Shown here: positions 1-11,046 of the stretch, one piece after another
Numbering within the stretch: the first letter of the stretch is position 1
Layout of the letters: every line of letters begins with the position of its first letter
DNA from: Flavobacteriales bacterium
GTDB lineage: Bacteria; Bacteroidota; Bacteroidia; Palsa-965
DNA length: 64,000 nucleotides
Direction of reading: 5' to 3'
NCBI GenBank assembly: GCA_040377305.1
Contig: JBEIPA010000009.1
Coordinates: forward strand, 32,001 to 96,000
Notes under the pieces: generated by a model
What the model was told of the DNA's origin: nothing
Seen by the model: only the letters and a program-made list of their open reading frames with translations
Database searches by the model: none
Made by a program: the position numbers and the translations under genes

Positions 1-1
1 A

Positions 2-1786
2 GAATTCAAGTTTGAAAAGTTGCTTAACCAGTCGAATGGTTCAACGACTCTGCAAAACCACCGATTGACTCTGGAGTTCACGTCGAATCCTGCGTGGTAT
101 GCTGTTCAGGCTCTTCCGTACATGATGGAATATCCGTACGAGTGTGCTGAGCAAACATTCACCCGTTACTACTCGAACACAATCGCGGCGCACATTGCGA
201 ATTCTTCTCCGAAGATGAAAGCGGTTTTCGATTCGTGGAAAAATCAATCGCCCGATGCGTTCTTATCTAACCTCGAGAAGAATCAGGAATTGAAGAATGC
301 GCTGCTCGAAGAAACACCTTGGGTGCTCGATGCGAAAGACGAATCGGAACGTAAGAAACGTGTGGGACTGCTCTTTGACATGAACAAAATGTCGCAGGAG
401 CAAGACCGCACCCTGCGCAAACTTCGTCAGATGCAAGTGAGCAATGGCGGATGGCCGTGGTTCGAAGGAATGCCTGATGATCGTTACATTACACAGCACA
501 TCATTGCAGGATTTGGTCACCTCGATCATCTTGGAATTACAGCAGTGCGTTCCGACAATCGCAATTGGTCGATGGTACAAAACGGTGTCCGTTACATGGA
601 TGCGCGAATTGTAGAAGACTATCAGGATATTTTGAAATATTCTGCGGACACAAGCGAGGATCATCTTGGTTACCTCGCCATGCACTATATGTATGCGCGC
701 AGTTACTTCATGGACATTGAGATGAACAGCCAGACGAAACAAGCATTCAAATATTTCCAACATCAGGCCGCAGTATACTGGACGAAGAAGTCGCGGTACA
801 TGCAGGGAATGATTGCGCTCGAAGCTCATCGTTACAAAGTGCCAACGATTTCGACTGCGATTGTGAAGTCTCTTCGCGAAACAGCAACAACTACCGACGA
901 AATGGGCATGTACTGGAAAGACATGGCCGCGGGTGGATGGTATTGGTATCAGGCTCCCGTTGAATTTGAAGCGTTGATGGTCGAAGTGTTCCATGAAGTT
1001 GCAAACGATCAGAAAGCGGTTGATGATATTCGTGTATGGTTGTTGAAGAACAAACAAACTACCGATTGGAAAACCACGAAAGCAACAACCGAAGCGTGCT
1101 ATGCATTGCTGATGGACGGAACAGATTGGCTCGCGACAGAATCCGACGTTTCAATTGTTGTGGGAACACAAACAATCGATCCGAAAGCTGCGGGCGTATC
1201 AGTCGAACCGGGAACGGGTTACTTCAAAATGTCGTGGAGCGGAAAAGACATTGCGGCGAACATGGGCAAGATCACCGTGACGAAAGCGGGCCCGGGAGTT
1301 TCATGGGGCGCGATGTACTGGCAGTATTTCGAAGACATGGACAAAGTGACTTCTGCAAATACCAATCTGAAAATTGTGAAGAAGCTGTTTGTTACGCGCA
1401 ATACAAAATCAGGCCCGGTGATTGAACCGGTAACTGATCAGACCGTGCTCAAACCGGGCGACAAAATCAGAGTGCGAATCGAACTACGTAACGATCGCGA
1501 CATGGAATATGTACACATGAAAGATATGCGCGCATCCGGATTCGAACCGATCAATGTGATTTCATCGTACAAATACCAGGACGGACTTGGATACTATGAA
1601 AGCACACACGACGCATCTACCAACTTCTTCTTCTCGTACCTGCCGAAAGGAACACACGTGTTTGAATATCCGCTTTATGTTGTGCACGAAGGAAACTTCT
1701 CGAACGGATTGACAACAGTTCAGTGCATGTACGCTCCGGAGTTTTCAGCGCATAGCGAGGGGTCGCGGGTGAAGGTGGGGAAATAG
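2..1786 (+). CDS. Alpha-2-macroglobulin family protein, C-terminal part (5' end outside window)
   Basis: Frame is open from base 2. Contains YPYECAEQ (thioester CxEQ motif), the GGWPWF segment and a C-terminal MYAPEF, all typical of bacterial A2M. Confidence 0.9.
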   Translation, partial: EFKFEKLLNQSNGSTTLQNHRLTLEFTSNPAWYAVQALPYMMEYPYECAEQTFTRYYSNTIAAHIANSSPKMKAVFDSWKNQSPDAFLSNLEKNQELKNALLEETPWVLDAKDESERKKRVGLLFDMNKMSQEQDRTLRKLRQMQVSNGGWPWFEGMPDDRYITQHIIAGFGHLDHLGITAVRSDNRNWSMVQNGVRYMDARIVEDYQDILKYSADTSEDHLGYLAMHYMYARSYFMDIEMNSQTKQAFKYFQHQAAVYWTKKSRYMQGMIALEAHRYKVPTISTAIVKSLRETATTTDEMGMYWKDMAAGGWYWYQAPVEFEALMVEVFHEVANDQKAVDDIRVWLLKNKQTTDWKTTKATTEACYALLMDGTDWLATESDVSIVVGTQTIDPKAAGVSVEPGTGYFKMSWSGKDIAANMGKITVTKAGPGVSWGAMYWQYFEDMDKVTSANTNLKIVKKLFVTRNTKSGPVIEPVTDQTVLKPGDKIRVRIELRNDRDMEYVHMKDMRASGFEPINVISSYKYQDGLGYYESTHDASTNFFFSYLPKGTHVFEYPLYVVHEGNFSNGLTTVQCMYAPEFSAHSEGSRVKVGK

Positions 1787-1790
1787 AATC

Positions 1791-1865
1791 GGCATTAGGG
1801 CATTGGGGCATTAGGGGAATTGGGCTAAACTTGTAACAGCCCAAGTGCCCTATTGCCCCAATGCC
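1791..1865. repeat. Octamer tandem repeats arranged as a long imperfect hairpin (GGCATTRG array facing its reverse-complement array)
   Basis: ggcattag ggcattgg ggcattag gggaattg ggc ... gccc aagtgccc tattgccc caatgcc, read directly. Confidence 0.7.
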
Positions 1866-1881
1866 TTTACAACTAGTCGTC

Positions 1882-2274
1882 ATGAAGAAGCTACTACTCG
1901 CAATTCCCATTCTGTTTTGTTTAAGCTTGAACGCTCAGCAAATCTCAACCGACACAATCAAGTCACCGACACCCGACAAGAACTTCGTGAAGACTTTGCA
2001 CCACGATTCATTATCGAGCAGCTTTCTGATCATTATTCCCAAGGAAGTGAAATCGCATTATCACGCGGAACACACAGAACAGGTAGTCATTCTCTCCGGG
2101 GAAGCGGATATGATATTGGGCGAGCAAAAGCTTCACATCAAAGCCGGAGATGTGATCATCATTCCGAAAGGCACGAAACATTCTGTGATTGTAACTTCAA
2201 CAGAACCGTTGAAGATAATTTCCGTGCAGGCTCCCTACTTTGATGGGACTGATCGAATCATGCTGGATAAGTAG
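1882..2274 (+). CDS. Secreted cupin-domain protein
   Basis: Signal peptide MKKLLLAIPILF. Cupin motifs HYHAEHTE and GDVIIIPKGTKH. Confidence 0.85.
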   Translation: MKKLLLAIPILFCLSLNAQQISTDTIKSPTPDKNFVKTLHHDSLSSSFLIIIPKEVKSHYHAEHTEQVVILSGEADMILGEQKLHIKAGDVIIIPKGTKHSVIVTSTEPLKIISVQAPYFDGTDRIMLDK

Positions 2275-2288
2275 AGCGTCCCCTTTTC

Positions 2289-2969
2289 TTAACCCGCAAC
2301 CTGCTGCTGCGGCTTCTCATACAATCCCAACTTCACTCCGCTATACATCACGATAAGACTAGCGATAATCAGACAATGGGAAATGTCGTTGTAGTTGAAC
2401 CATTTATCGCTAATGGAAAATTTCAATCCGTGTACCAGCGCGGTTAAGGATGAAATTCCGATTCCGGTTGCAACCAGCATTTCGGCGCGTTTGCCTTTTG
2501 TCGCTACGTATATATAGTAGAACATGATAGGCAAAAGTCCAAGTGCAAGATGCCATTTCGCGATGGCGAACGTTCCTATTAGATATGAGCCCAGTGCAAA
2601 TGCTCCAAATTGAAGCGTAACGATAGAAATAACCAGCATTTTGTACTTTGAAAGCACGTTGGAAGCGAAGCCGAATTGCGCGAGTGTAACTCCCGCCCCC
2701 TGAATTGCACCCATGGCCCACCAGATTTTGAAATGCATATCGTCCGTGGTGTAGAATGAGAATCCGTGGACTACAACTCCAACGAGTGAAGAAATTCCGA
2801 GTAACAGAAAAAAGTAGATCCAGTTTTTGTTTGGGAAGTCCAGCTTTTGTTTGCGAAGTCGCAGATAACAAACAAGTCCGGTTGCAAAAATTCCGATGTT
2901 GGTTAGTGCAGTGACAGGATCACGAACTATTACACCTGCGATATCAATTTCCTCGTGGTAGTGAATCAT
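2289..2969 (-). CDS. Multi-pass membrane protein, hypothetical
   Basis: About 7 hydrophobic segments, with polar motifs HGF and NYNDISH. Overlaps the end of the symporter gene. Confidence 0.7.
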   Translation of the reverse strand: MIHYHEEIDIAGVIVRDPVTALTNIGIFATGLVCYLRLRKQKLDFPNKNWIYFFLLLGISSLVGVVVHGFSFYTTDDMHFKIWWAMGAIQGAGVTLAQFGFASNVLSKYKMLVISIVTLQFGAFALGSYLIGTFAIAKWHLALGLLPIMFYYIYVATKGKRAEMLVATGIGISSLTALVHGLKFSISDKWFNYNDISHCLIIASLIVMYSGVKLGLYEKPQQQVAG

Positions 2970-4356
2970 GCCATTTGTTTCCCTTTGGCAAAATTACACA
3001 AATAAGAACGTAGAATAGGAGTGCTGCCACAAGTCCATAGAGAACGGGTGGAGTTGACTCTTCTGTTTCAAACCAGCGAAAAATGAACCACACACCCGAT
3101 CCGCCAATCATGGAAACAATTGCGGCGATTTCGTTTTTGTTTTTGAAGAATAATCCTGCACACAACGGAACGAATAATCCAACGAGACTAATCACCGACG
3201 CCTCACTAACCAATTCATAGATGTCTTGACGCACCAAAGCCATCGTGAGTGAAATGCATCCAACAATAATTACACTCCATCGCATTAAGCGCAAGCGAGC
3301 TTTGTCGCCCGGATCTTTTTTCAATCGCGGGAGAATCAGGTTCTCGGAAAGAATTACGGACGGAGCCAGCAAAGCACCAGATGCGGCATTCAAAACGGCT
3401 GAGAGCAAAGCACCGAAGAACAATATCTGTATCCACACGCCCGTATGTTGCAGAATTAAATCGGGAAGCAACATTTGCGAATCGCCCGACGGAGTTACAA
3501 CGAGTACTTTCGCACACAAAGTGAGTAAAAGCGGAATGAAAGCAATCGTTAAGTACATTAATGCGCCGAGATAGGACGATCGCACCGCAATTTTTTCTGT
3601 CTTCGATGCCATCACACGTTGATAAACGTCCTGTTGTGGAATTGATCCGAGTCCGATTGTGATCCATGCCGCAATGTGGATCAACCAACCATTCAGGCTT
3701 CGATCCGGATGAAATGCAAAGAATCCTTCCGGTTGCGCATTGATGATGTTCTCGAATCCACCGGCCTGAGGCACGAGCACCGCAACACATGCGATCAATC
3801 CGATGATAATAATGATCACGTGAAAGAAATCGGTGATCGACACAGACCAGAGTCCACCGGTTGCAGTGCATCCAAACACAACGAGAGCAGACACAACAAT
3901 TCCGATCTCAACACTCACACCAGGCATTACCGCATGAATGATGATTCCGCAGGCAACCATTTGTGCGGCGACCCATCCGAGATAAGAAAGGATGAGGAAG
4001 ATGGCCGAAACAAATTCTGCGCGACGACCGAATGTTACTTTATAGAAATCGCCAAATGTTAAAAGGTTGAGTCGATAAAGCGGACGTGCGAAGAACATTG
4101 CAACCAGCACAAGACACAACGAAGCTCCGAATGGATCTTCAACAACACCTTTCATTCCGTTTTCCGCGAACTCAGACGAAGCCCCTAAAACGGTTTCTGA
4201 TCCGAACCAGGTCCCAAAAACAGTTGTTGTGGCGAGAATGAGCGGAAGATTTCGTCCGGCCGACACAAAGTCGTTTTCATTTTTGACACGTCGTGCGGCC
4301 CACAGTCCGATTGCGAGACTGATCACGAGATATGCTATGACCGAGAATGCCAACAT
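2944..4356 (-). CDS. Sodium:solute symporter family protein
   Basis: DFVSAGRNL, TWFGSETVLG, GGLWSVSITD and QDVYQRVMA motifs. Start moved to the ATG at 4356 (MLAFSVIAY). Confidence 0.9.
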   Translation of the reverse strand: MLAFSVIAYLVISLAIGLWAARRVKNENDFVSAGRNLPLILATTTVFGTWFGSETVLGASSEFAENGMKGVVEDPFGASLCLVLVAMFFARPLYRLNLLTFGDFYKVTFGRRAEFVSAIFLILSYLGWVAAQMVACGIIIHAVMPGVSVEIGIVVSALVVFGCTATGGLWSVSITDFFHVIIIIIGLIACVAVLVPQAGGFENIINAQPEGFFAFHPDRSLNGWLIHIAAWITIGLGSIPQQDVYQRVMASKTEKIAVRSSYLGALMYLTIAFIPLLLTLCAKVLVVTPSGDSQMLLPDLILQHTGVWIQILFFGALLSAVLNAASGALLAPSVILSENLILPRLKKDPGDKARLRLMRWSVIIVGCISLTMALVRQDIYELVSEASVISLVGLFVPLCAGLFFKNKNEIAAIVSMIGGSGVWFIFRWFETEESTPPVLYGLVAALLFYVLICVILPKGNKWHDSLPRGN

Positions 4357-4572
4357 GTCCTCAAATGTAACGCATGTACTCAAAATACTTAACCACATAG
4401 GATCATAGAAAGAAAAACCGGCGTTTGTTGAAGTTCTCCGCAAGCGGATCATACATAGAACGCAGGAGCAATATCGCGTGTCGCGATATTCTCGTGTGAA
4501 CTATGTAATTCTTGAGAACCAACAAGCAAGCAACGGGCTATGATTCTATGTGGTTATGACTACTTTTGAGGT

Positions 4573-5778
4573 ATGGGTCCAGGCAAACGAAAAGATGCAG
4601 TCACGAAATTGTTGTTTGATGCGTTATCGCGTCTCATGCAGGGTAACGATCGCGCAGATTTAATCCTTAGCAATCTCTTTCGCGTAAATAAAGTAACTGA
4701 TGAAGCCGTGCGCGCAGAAGCTGCGCGCGTTTTATACGGTCTGATTCGTTTCTGGCGACCGATTACATCTGCTGTGCGCATGGGTGAAGTGCTGTTTGAA
4801 GCAGACGCGTGGCGCTTGTACGAAGCATTTGAGGTCTGGATCGACATGTACAACGGCAAGCCGATCAAAGACAATCAGAATCTGGTAGAGAAGTTCGGCA
4901 AGTACATGCGCGTTCGAAAAATTCGCGAGTCGATTACCGACTGGATGGATGAAACCGGCGTGAAAGAGCTTGGTGAATCAACCTGGGAAGGTATTGCGTA
5001 CTTCATGAACACAGAACCGCGGGTGTTTCTTCGTGTAAACACTGCGCGCACCACAACGGAAGAACTCGTTCGCGTACTGGAATCAGAAAATGTACCGGTT
5101 GAAGTGGTGGCGGATGTTCCCGGAGCACTCTTATTAAAGGAACACCGGAATGTTTTCGGATTGAAGTCGTTTCAGGATGGACTTTTCGAAGTTCAGGATC
5201 GTTCATCACAGATCACCGGACTGTTTTGTAAAGTAAAACCTGGAATGGTTGTGATTGACGCATGTGCGGGAGCAGGAGGGAAAACACTTCAGCTTGCTGC
5301 AATCATGAATAACCACGGGAAGTTGTATGCAATGGATACCGTTGCAGGTAAGCTGAAGACATTACGCGATCGTTGCTCCAAAGCGAAGACAGATATAGTA
5401 GAGACGAAGGAGATCACATCACCAGAAGATGTGAAATCATTCGCAGGCAAAGCAGATATTGTATTGCTCGACGTACCGTGCACCGGGACAGGAGTACTCA
5501 GAAGAAACCCGGATGCGAAGTGGAGAATGGAAGAAGAAGACTTGTTGCGTTTGCAGAAATTGCAAAAATCAATTCTTGAAGATTACGCAACGATGGTGAA
5601 GCAAGGAGGAACGTTAGTTTACTCAACATGCAGTGTGCTTCCATCCGAAGGAGAGACGCAAGCAGCAGCTTTTACATCAAAGCATGGTGATGAGTGGACT
5701 TTTGAAGAAGAAAAAAGAACAGGGTGTGATGAAAATTTTGGCGATGGCTTTTACATGGCGCGCTGGAAAAGAAAATGA
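4573..5778 (+). CDS. RsmB/NOP-family SAM-dependent RNA m5C methyltransferase
   Basis: DACAGAGGKT, LDVPCTGTG and YSTCS motifs. Confidence 0.9.
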   Translation: MGPGKRKDAVTKLLFDALSRLMQGNDRADLILSNLFRVNKVTDEAVRAEAARVLYGLIRFWRPITSAVRMGEVLFEADAWRLYEAFEVWIDMYNGKPIKDNQNLVEKFGKYMRVRKIRESITDWMDETGVKELGESTWEGIAYFMNTEPRVFLRVNTARTTTEELVRVLESENVPVEVVADVPGALLLKEHRNVFGLKSFQDGLFEVQDRSSQITGLFCKVKPGMVVIDACAGAGGKTLQLAAIMNNHGKLYAMDTVAGKLKTLRDRCSKAKTDIVETKEITSPEDVKSFAGKADIVLLDVPCTGTGVLRRNPDAKWRMEEEDLLRLQKLQKSILEDYATMVKQGGTLVYSTCSVLPSEGETQAAAFTSKHGDEWTFEEEKRTGCDENFGDGFYMARWKRK

Positions 5779-6039
5779 TGTGAAGTGAATTCATTTTGTG
5801 ATGACACACATTGCGTGGAACGCTTATGAATAAAGGGATGCAGCGTGTTGCGCGGAATAATTTCTGATGATGATTCATCGCTCACATCAAACACAAAACA
5901 CGTGATGAATGTGCATGAAAGCGGAACATAATCATCCTTTTCAACAAAACCATGTTGATAAGTAGAATGTTGAAAATTTTTTTCGTGTACAAAAATTTTC
6001 TTACTTCGTCGCAAATAAGTTTTCAAAACTATAAAAACC

Positions 6040-6165
6040 ATGGCAAAGAAAGCAACAAAGAAAGCAGCTAAGCCTGCTAAGAAAAAAGCAGCTAAGAAAG
6101 CTGGAAAGAAAAAAGCAGCTAAAAAAGGCGGCAAAAAGAAAGCAGCTAAGAAGAAGAAGAAGTAA
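6040..6165 (+). CDS. 41-aa Lys/Ala-rich histone H1-like small protein (absent from the ORF track)
   Basis: Hand translation: MAKKATKKAAKPAKKKAAKKAGKKKAAKKGGKKKAAKKKKK. A-rich leader; a terminator follows directly. Confidence 0.85.
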   Translation: MAKKATKKAAKPAKKKAAKKAGKKKAAKKGGKKKAAKKKKK

Positions 6166-6189
6166 TTCTTTTTCTCTTAAGAGAAAAGG

Positions 6190-6220
6190 CCCAGTGAGCA
6201 ATCACTGGGTTTTTGTTTTT
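6190..6220 (+). terminator. Intrinsic terminator
   Basis: cccagtga-gcaa-tcactggg followed by a T-tract. Confidence 0.8.
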
Positions 6221-6311
6221 TATGGCTCGATCAACGCCCTTAAAATTATGGATGGATGATGGAATTATGGAATGATTGGATGGAATGTGGAATTTAAGTT
6301 AAGTCCGAACC

Positions 6312-6396
6312 TCATCCTATCATCCTATCATCCTATCATCCTATCATCCTATCATCCTATCATCCTATCATCCTATCATCCTATCATCCTATCATC
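6312..6396. repeat. Perfect tandem repeat (TCATCCTA) x about 10.6
   Basis: Read directly. A degenerate complementary ATGG-rich array lies just upstream (about 6245-6295). Confidence 0.95.
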
Positions 6397-6522
6397 ACTC
6401 GCGTCTCCTGCCTGTCGTCTCCCGCCTTTTTCTATATTTGATCTTCAAACACGAGCAAGAGACGGAACCGTTCTGACTTTCACTGTCAAGATTCTCAAAT
6501 ACGAAACTCAAAAACAAAAACC

Positions 6523-7086
6523 ATGCGCAAAAAGCTACTCATGATCGCGGCCATCGTACTTCCACTAATGTGGACAGCATGCGGACCGGAAACACCTGTT
6601 GAAACTGAAGACGTAATTCCAGCTGGGATGCGCGCGGTTGACATTTCAAAGGATAGCATGGGCTATCCGGTAAAAATCAATGCACCCGATTCAACGAACG
6701 GTATGCTGATGACCATGTCGACACCAAACGGATATCAGGTTCGTGTTGGAAACAACTTCGATCTTTTGGTGAACCAAGGTGGAACTGAAGAGGCTGATCT
6801 TGCTGCCGTAAAAGCATTGAACATTGCAACCGATGCCGGAACCAGCACCTTTACAGTTGAAGATGCAACTACATTAGTTTGGGAAACCAAGTTTGGAGAC
6901 GGGGAAGGCGCACTTTCTGTGTATCACTTCTACATGCTCGTTAAAGTTGGTGAAGACCAATACTACATTCGCGACAACAGCTTTGAGCCGAACAACCAGT
7001 TCAAGAAAGAACACATCGACAAGATGCTGGAGTCTGCAAAATCTTTGCGTGCGGCTAAAGCGCCAGCGACTGAACCGGAAGCTTAA
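6523..7086 (+). CDS. Lipoprotein, hypothetical
   Basis: Lipobox WTAC after a short hydrophobic signal. Confidence 0.75.
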   Translation: MRKKLLMIAAIVLPLMWTACGPETPVETEDVIPAGMRAVDISKDSMGYPVKINAPDSTNGMLMTMSTPNGYQVRVGNNFDLLVNQGGTEEADLAAVKALNIATDAGTSTFTVEDATTLVWETKFGDGEGALSVYHFYMLVKVGEDQYYIRDNSFEPNNQFKKEHIDKMLESAKSLRAAKAPATEPEA

Positions 7087-7110
7087 AGTATTACTTCAAG
7101 TAAAAAGTAA

Positions 7111-7145
7111 AGGGCTGATCAATGTGATCAGCCCTCTTCTTTTTG
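7111..7145. terminator. Bidirectional terminator between convergent genes
   Basis: agggctgatca-atg-tgatcagccct with A-rich and T-rich flanks. Confidence 0.75.
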
Positions 7146-7158
7146 TACGTAGCCACGA

Positions 7159-7995
7159 TTACTTGGCAATTACGAATTGTCGACCAGGCAATATTGTTTC
7201 ACCGGACTCCAGATTATATGAATACGTACCGTTTGCAAGATCTTGTCCCGACAACATCAAGCTCGTGAAAGCACTCGTCACGGCATATCGCTTTACCTCT
7301 CGTCCGGCAAAATCATAGATGACGATTGTGCCACTTGAAACTCCATCAGGAAGTGTGTATGGAATAGTGGTCGTACTATTTGTTGGGTTCGGATACGGAC
7401 TTGGCAATTGTTGGGGGGTGTCAGTCGTTCCGTTAACGGGCTGGATGCCACTAATAACTCCTTGATCACACATAGTACAAGGCATCATTCCAGGCAATGA
7501 GTAAACCGAAGTTTTGAAAGTGAACTGATTAATCAACATGAGCTTCGATCCAGCAACTGTATGTACCACTTCCGGTAAGCGCTCACCGTCCAGCGGAAAG
7601 TGTGAACTTAACTCGAATGAATCGCGACTTAATAGTACATTCCCAAGTTCATCATAGACGCTAACGTTCCTCAGATTTGTTATTGTCGAACTATAAGTCA
7701 ACACGTATTCAAAATCGGCTGGGTTAGTATTAAATAGTTCATCAGAGAGCCAGTCTACTCGAAAACTAGTACAACCAGGCAAGGACGGCAGCGGAATAGT
7801 TCGGAACACAGAATGATTGAGGTTGTATAAAACAATCTGAGTTGCATCCGTTAAAAGGTATTTATAACCGTTAGTAGTAAAGTGCACCAGCTTCAGCTGA
7901 CGCATGTAAATGGTGTTGGGGTAATCCTGCTCAAGGGTAATCTGTGCAGAGGCAAAGTTGCTCACCAGCAAGAGTGCAAACAGAAGACGTTTCAT
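7159..7995 (-). CDS. T9SS type A sorting domain-containing protein
   Basis: Signal peptide. C-terminal PYPNP...IYDFAGR...LANGTYSY. Confidence 0.85.
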   Translation of the reverse strand: MKRLLFALLLVSNFASAQITLEQDYPNTIYMRQLKLVHFTTNGYKYLLTDATQIVLYNLNHSVFRTIPLPSLPGCTSFRVDWLSDELFNTNPADFEYVLTYSSTITNLRNVSVYDELGNVLLSRDSFELSSHFPLDGERLPEVVHTVAGSKLMLINQFTFKTSVYSLPGMMPCTMCDQGVISGIQPVNGTTDTPQQLPSPYPNPTNSTTTIPYTLPDGVSSGTIVIYDFAGREVKRYAVTSAFTSLMLSGQDLANGTYSYNLESGETILPGRQFVIAK

Positions 7996-8092
7996 GGTAT
8001 AATAGTTTGATTCAAGTTACAACAACCGGATCAAAACAAAAAATCCCGGCGATTAACCCAGGATTTCTGTAATATATAAATTGGCGTTATTA

Positions 8093-9904
8093 TTAATCAG
8101 CCGCCATCTTCTTCTTCACACGTTCACGCTCATTCGGATCCAGTTGGATCTTGCGTAAACGAATTGAAAGAGGAGTTACTTCTACATATTCGTCGCCCTG
8201 GATGTATTCCATTGCTTCTTCGAGTGAATGTTTGATTGCCGGTGCAATCGCAACTTTCACATCGCTTCCTGATGCACGCATGTTGGTAAGCTTCTTCTCG
8301 ACAACCAGGTTTACAACCAGATCATCCGGACGAATGTGTTCGCCGATTACCTGTCCGTTGTAAATATCATCTCCAGGAGATACGAAGAACGATCCACGAT
8401 CCTGAAGCTTGTCGATTGCATAAGCAACTGCAGTTCCTTTGTCTTTCGCAACAAGTACTCCCGCGTTACGTCCAGGAATAGGACCTTTCCACGGCTCATA
8501 CGCTTTGAAACGGTGCGCCATGATAGCTTCACCTGCTGTTGCTGTAAGAACGTTGTTACGCAAGCCGATCAATCCACGCGCAGGAATATCAAATTCCATG
8601 TGAATGAGATCGCCTTTTGGTTCCATGATCAGCATATCACCTTTTCTCTGGCTCACAAGCTCGATTACTTTTCCGGAAGTTTCTTCCGGAACATCAACGC
8701 TCAGAACTTCGATCGGCTCATGCTTCACACCATCAATTTCTTTGATGATAACCTGCGGCTGTCCAACCTGCAACTCATATCCTTCGCGACGCATGGTCTC
8801 GATCAGAATTGACAAGTGAAGAATTCCACGGCCGTAAACGAGGTATGAATCCGGAGATTCAGTTTCTTCTACGCGAAGTGCAAGATTCTTTTCAAGCTCT
8901 CTCCACAAACGATCGCGCAAGTGACGCGACGTTACATACTTTCCTTCTTTTCCGAAGAATGGAGAGTTGTTGATCGTGAATAGCATGCTCATTGTTGGTT
9001 CGTCGATCGAAATCGCCGGCAATCCTTCCGGATTTTCAAAATCAGCAATTGTATCGCCGATATCGAATCCTTCAATTCCGGTTAACGCAGCAATATCACC
9101 TGCTTCAACGCTTTCAACTTTTTTCTTACCGAGTCCATCGAACACGAAAAGTTCTTTGGTACGCATTTTCTTGATCGAACCGTCGCGCTTAACGAGCGAT
9201 ACCGGCATATTCTCTTTCACTGTGCCGCGATACACACGACCTACTGCGATACGACCAACGAATGACGAGTAATCAAGCGATGTGATCTGCATCTGCAGTG
9301 TGCCTTCGTGCATTGGTGCGTTCGGGAAATAATCAATGATCGTTTCAAGCAGATAAGAAATATCTGTAGTTGGTGTTTTCCAATCAGGACCCATCCAACC
9401 GTGTTTCGATGAACCGTAAACAGTACGGAAGCCAAGCTGGTCTTCTGTTGCCTCAAGGTTGAAGAACAAATCGAATACGTTGTCGTGAACTTCATCAGGA
9501 CGGCAATTCGGTTTGTCAACTTTGTTGATCACGAGAATTGCCTTCTTGCCTTGCGCGAGCGCTTTCTGAAGAACGAAACGTGTTTGCGGCATCGGACCTT
9601 CGAATGCATCAACGAGCAACAACACACCATCGGCCATGTTGAGTACACGTTCTACTTCACCACCGAAGTCGGCGTGACCCGGTGTGTCGATGATGTTGAT
9701 CTTAGTCCCCTTGTAAACTACGGAAACGTTCTTCGCGAGAATGGTAATTCCGCGTTCACGCTCGAGGTCGTTATTGTCGAGAATAAGGTCGCCTGTTTCC
9801 TGGTTTTCACGAAACAATTTGCCCTGCAACAGCATCTTATCCACCAAAGTAGTTTTACCGTGGTCAACGTGAGCAATGATTGCGATATTTCTGATCTGAT
9901 TCAT
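8093..9904 (-). CDS. typA: Translational GTPase TypA/BipA
   Basis: [35 protein letters not shown] and the C-terminal LEEAMEYI...VEVTP. Confidence 0.97.
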   Translation of the reverse strand: MNQIRNIAIIAHVDHGKTTLVDKMLLQGKLFRENQETGDLILDNNDLERERGITILAKNVSVVYKGTKINIIDTPGHADFGGEVERVLNMADGVLLLVDAFEGPMPQTRFVLQKALAQGKKAILVINKVDKPNCRPDEVHDNVFDLFFNLEATEDQLGFRTVYGSSKHGWMGPDWKTPTTDISYLLETIIDYFPNAPMHEGTLQMQITSLDYSSFVGRIAVGRVYRGTVKENMPVSLVKRDGSIKKMRTKELFVFDGLGKKKVESVEAGDIAALTGIEGFDIGDTIADFENPEGLPAISIDEPTMSMLFTINNSPFFGKEGKYVTSRHLRDRLWRELEKNLALRVEETESPDSYLVYGRGILHLSILIETMRREGYELQVGQPQVIIKEIDGVKHEPIEVLSVDVPEETSGKVIELVSQRKGDMLIMEPKGDLIHMEFDIPARGLIGLRNNVLTATAGEAIMAHRFKAYEPWKGPIPGRNAGVLVAKDKGTAVAYAIDKLQDRGSFFVSPGDDIYNGQVIGEHIRPDDLVVNLVVEKKLTNMRASGSDVKVAIAPAIKHSLEEAMEYIQGDEYVEVTPLSIRLRKIQLDPNERERVKKKMAAD

Positions 9905-10010
9905 GGTATTTTTATGAAGGCGCAAAGATACGCATTTCAGAAGGCTTCCCGATAGCTATTGGAACAGTCGTGTATCAGAAGGTCGTAAAACCGGAGTTCG
10001 GAATGGAATT

Positions 10011-10979
10011 CTAAAGCGTATCGCCCGTCATAAAAAACTCTTCGCGGGTCAGAACACGAATATTCCCTGCAGAAGTGTCGATTTTCACCGTATCTGAAGT
10101 TCTCGTATTCGGATTCGCATAGGTTGGTTTAACCAATACTACTGGTTCCCTCTGAATCGAGAAAAAGCGTTCTTTCGTCGAAAAGCCGCCTAAAACGCGC
10201 CCATCCGGAACTTTTATAGCTCCATTCCACGTCATTCCGGTGTAAACTTTCACCATGTACGATCCGTTCGGCAAATCTTTCATGTGGAAGAACGTTTCAG
10301 CGTGAATGAACTCGTTGCGAATTGTCCGATGAGGTGGCTCACTTTGCACAAGGCACACCACGGCATCAGTAAACGGATTAATAACGACAAGTTGATTCGG
10401 AGATAACCATGTTGATATGCCGGGACCAAATACACTGTCGTATGGAGAGTCCATGTTGTGGATTACATCAGTCGTATTGATACTGTCGCGTTTTTCTTTT
10501 TGTGCAGTGGCGACTGTTGTATTAAGATCGTTCTCGTGTATATACGATTCAAAAACTGCAGTGGCGATGAGATACAACACAAAGGTGACGATCATTCCGC
10601 GCAGTAGTTTTTTCCGGCGCTGAATCTGTTTCACAATGCGCGTTCTGTTGCGCTGACGCATCATCTCAATATACTCCGGCGGATATTCTTTGCGCGGCGC
10701 TTCGCGCTTTTTCTCGGCGGGCGTTGCGTTGTGTGGCGGAGCAGTGTATGCACCTGTAAATGATGAGCCGAGCTTGCGCTTACGATCGTATTGTGCGCGC
10801 AATTCGTCATCCGAAAGAATGGTGTACGCGTCAAGAATTTCTTTGAACTTTTCTTCCGACTGCCTGCTGCCGGGATTCAGATCGGGGTGATACAACTTCG
10901 CCAAACGACGATAAGCCGACTTGATATCGGCCATCGTTGCATTATCGGGAATGCCTAATATGCGGTAGAAATCTCTCAA
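10011..10979 (-). CDS. DnaJ-domain membrane protein
   Basis: N-terminal J-domain with HPD, one TM segment, soluble C-terminal domain. Confidence 0.85.
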   Translation of the reverse strand: MRDFYRILGIPDNATMADIKSAYRRLAKLYHPDLNPGSRQSEEKFKEILDAYTILSDDELRAQYDRKRKLGSSFTGAYTAPPHNATPAEKKREAPRKEYPPEYIEMMRQRNRTRIVKQIQRRKKLLRGMIVTFVLYLIATAVFESYIHENDLNTTVATAQKEKRDSINTTDVIHNMDSPYDSVFGPGISTWLSPNQLVVINPFTDAVVCLVQSEPPHRTIRNEFIHAETFFHMKDLPNGSYMVKVYTGMTWNGAIKVPDGRVLGGFSTKERFFSIQREPVVLVKPTYANPNTRTSDTVKIDTSAGNIRVLTREEFFMTGDTL

Positions 10980-11046
10980 GGTTTCGTTCCTCGCTAAACC
11001 TTGAAGGTTTTTGAAACCTTTAAGGTTTTGTGTGCGCGTGCACGTA

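Noticed and set aside
5751-6201. Phe/Leu/Ala-rich minus-strand ORFs
   Set aside because: They are antisense shadows of the Lys/Ala-rich small gene.
6312-6396. CRISPR array
   Set aside because: These are contiguous 8-mers with no spacers. I saw no repeat-spacer array or cas gene in the window.
6272-6544. 90-aa ORF with ILSSYHPI repeats
   Set aside because: It is only the translation of the non-coding TCATCCTA tandem repeat.
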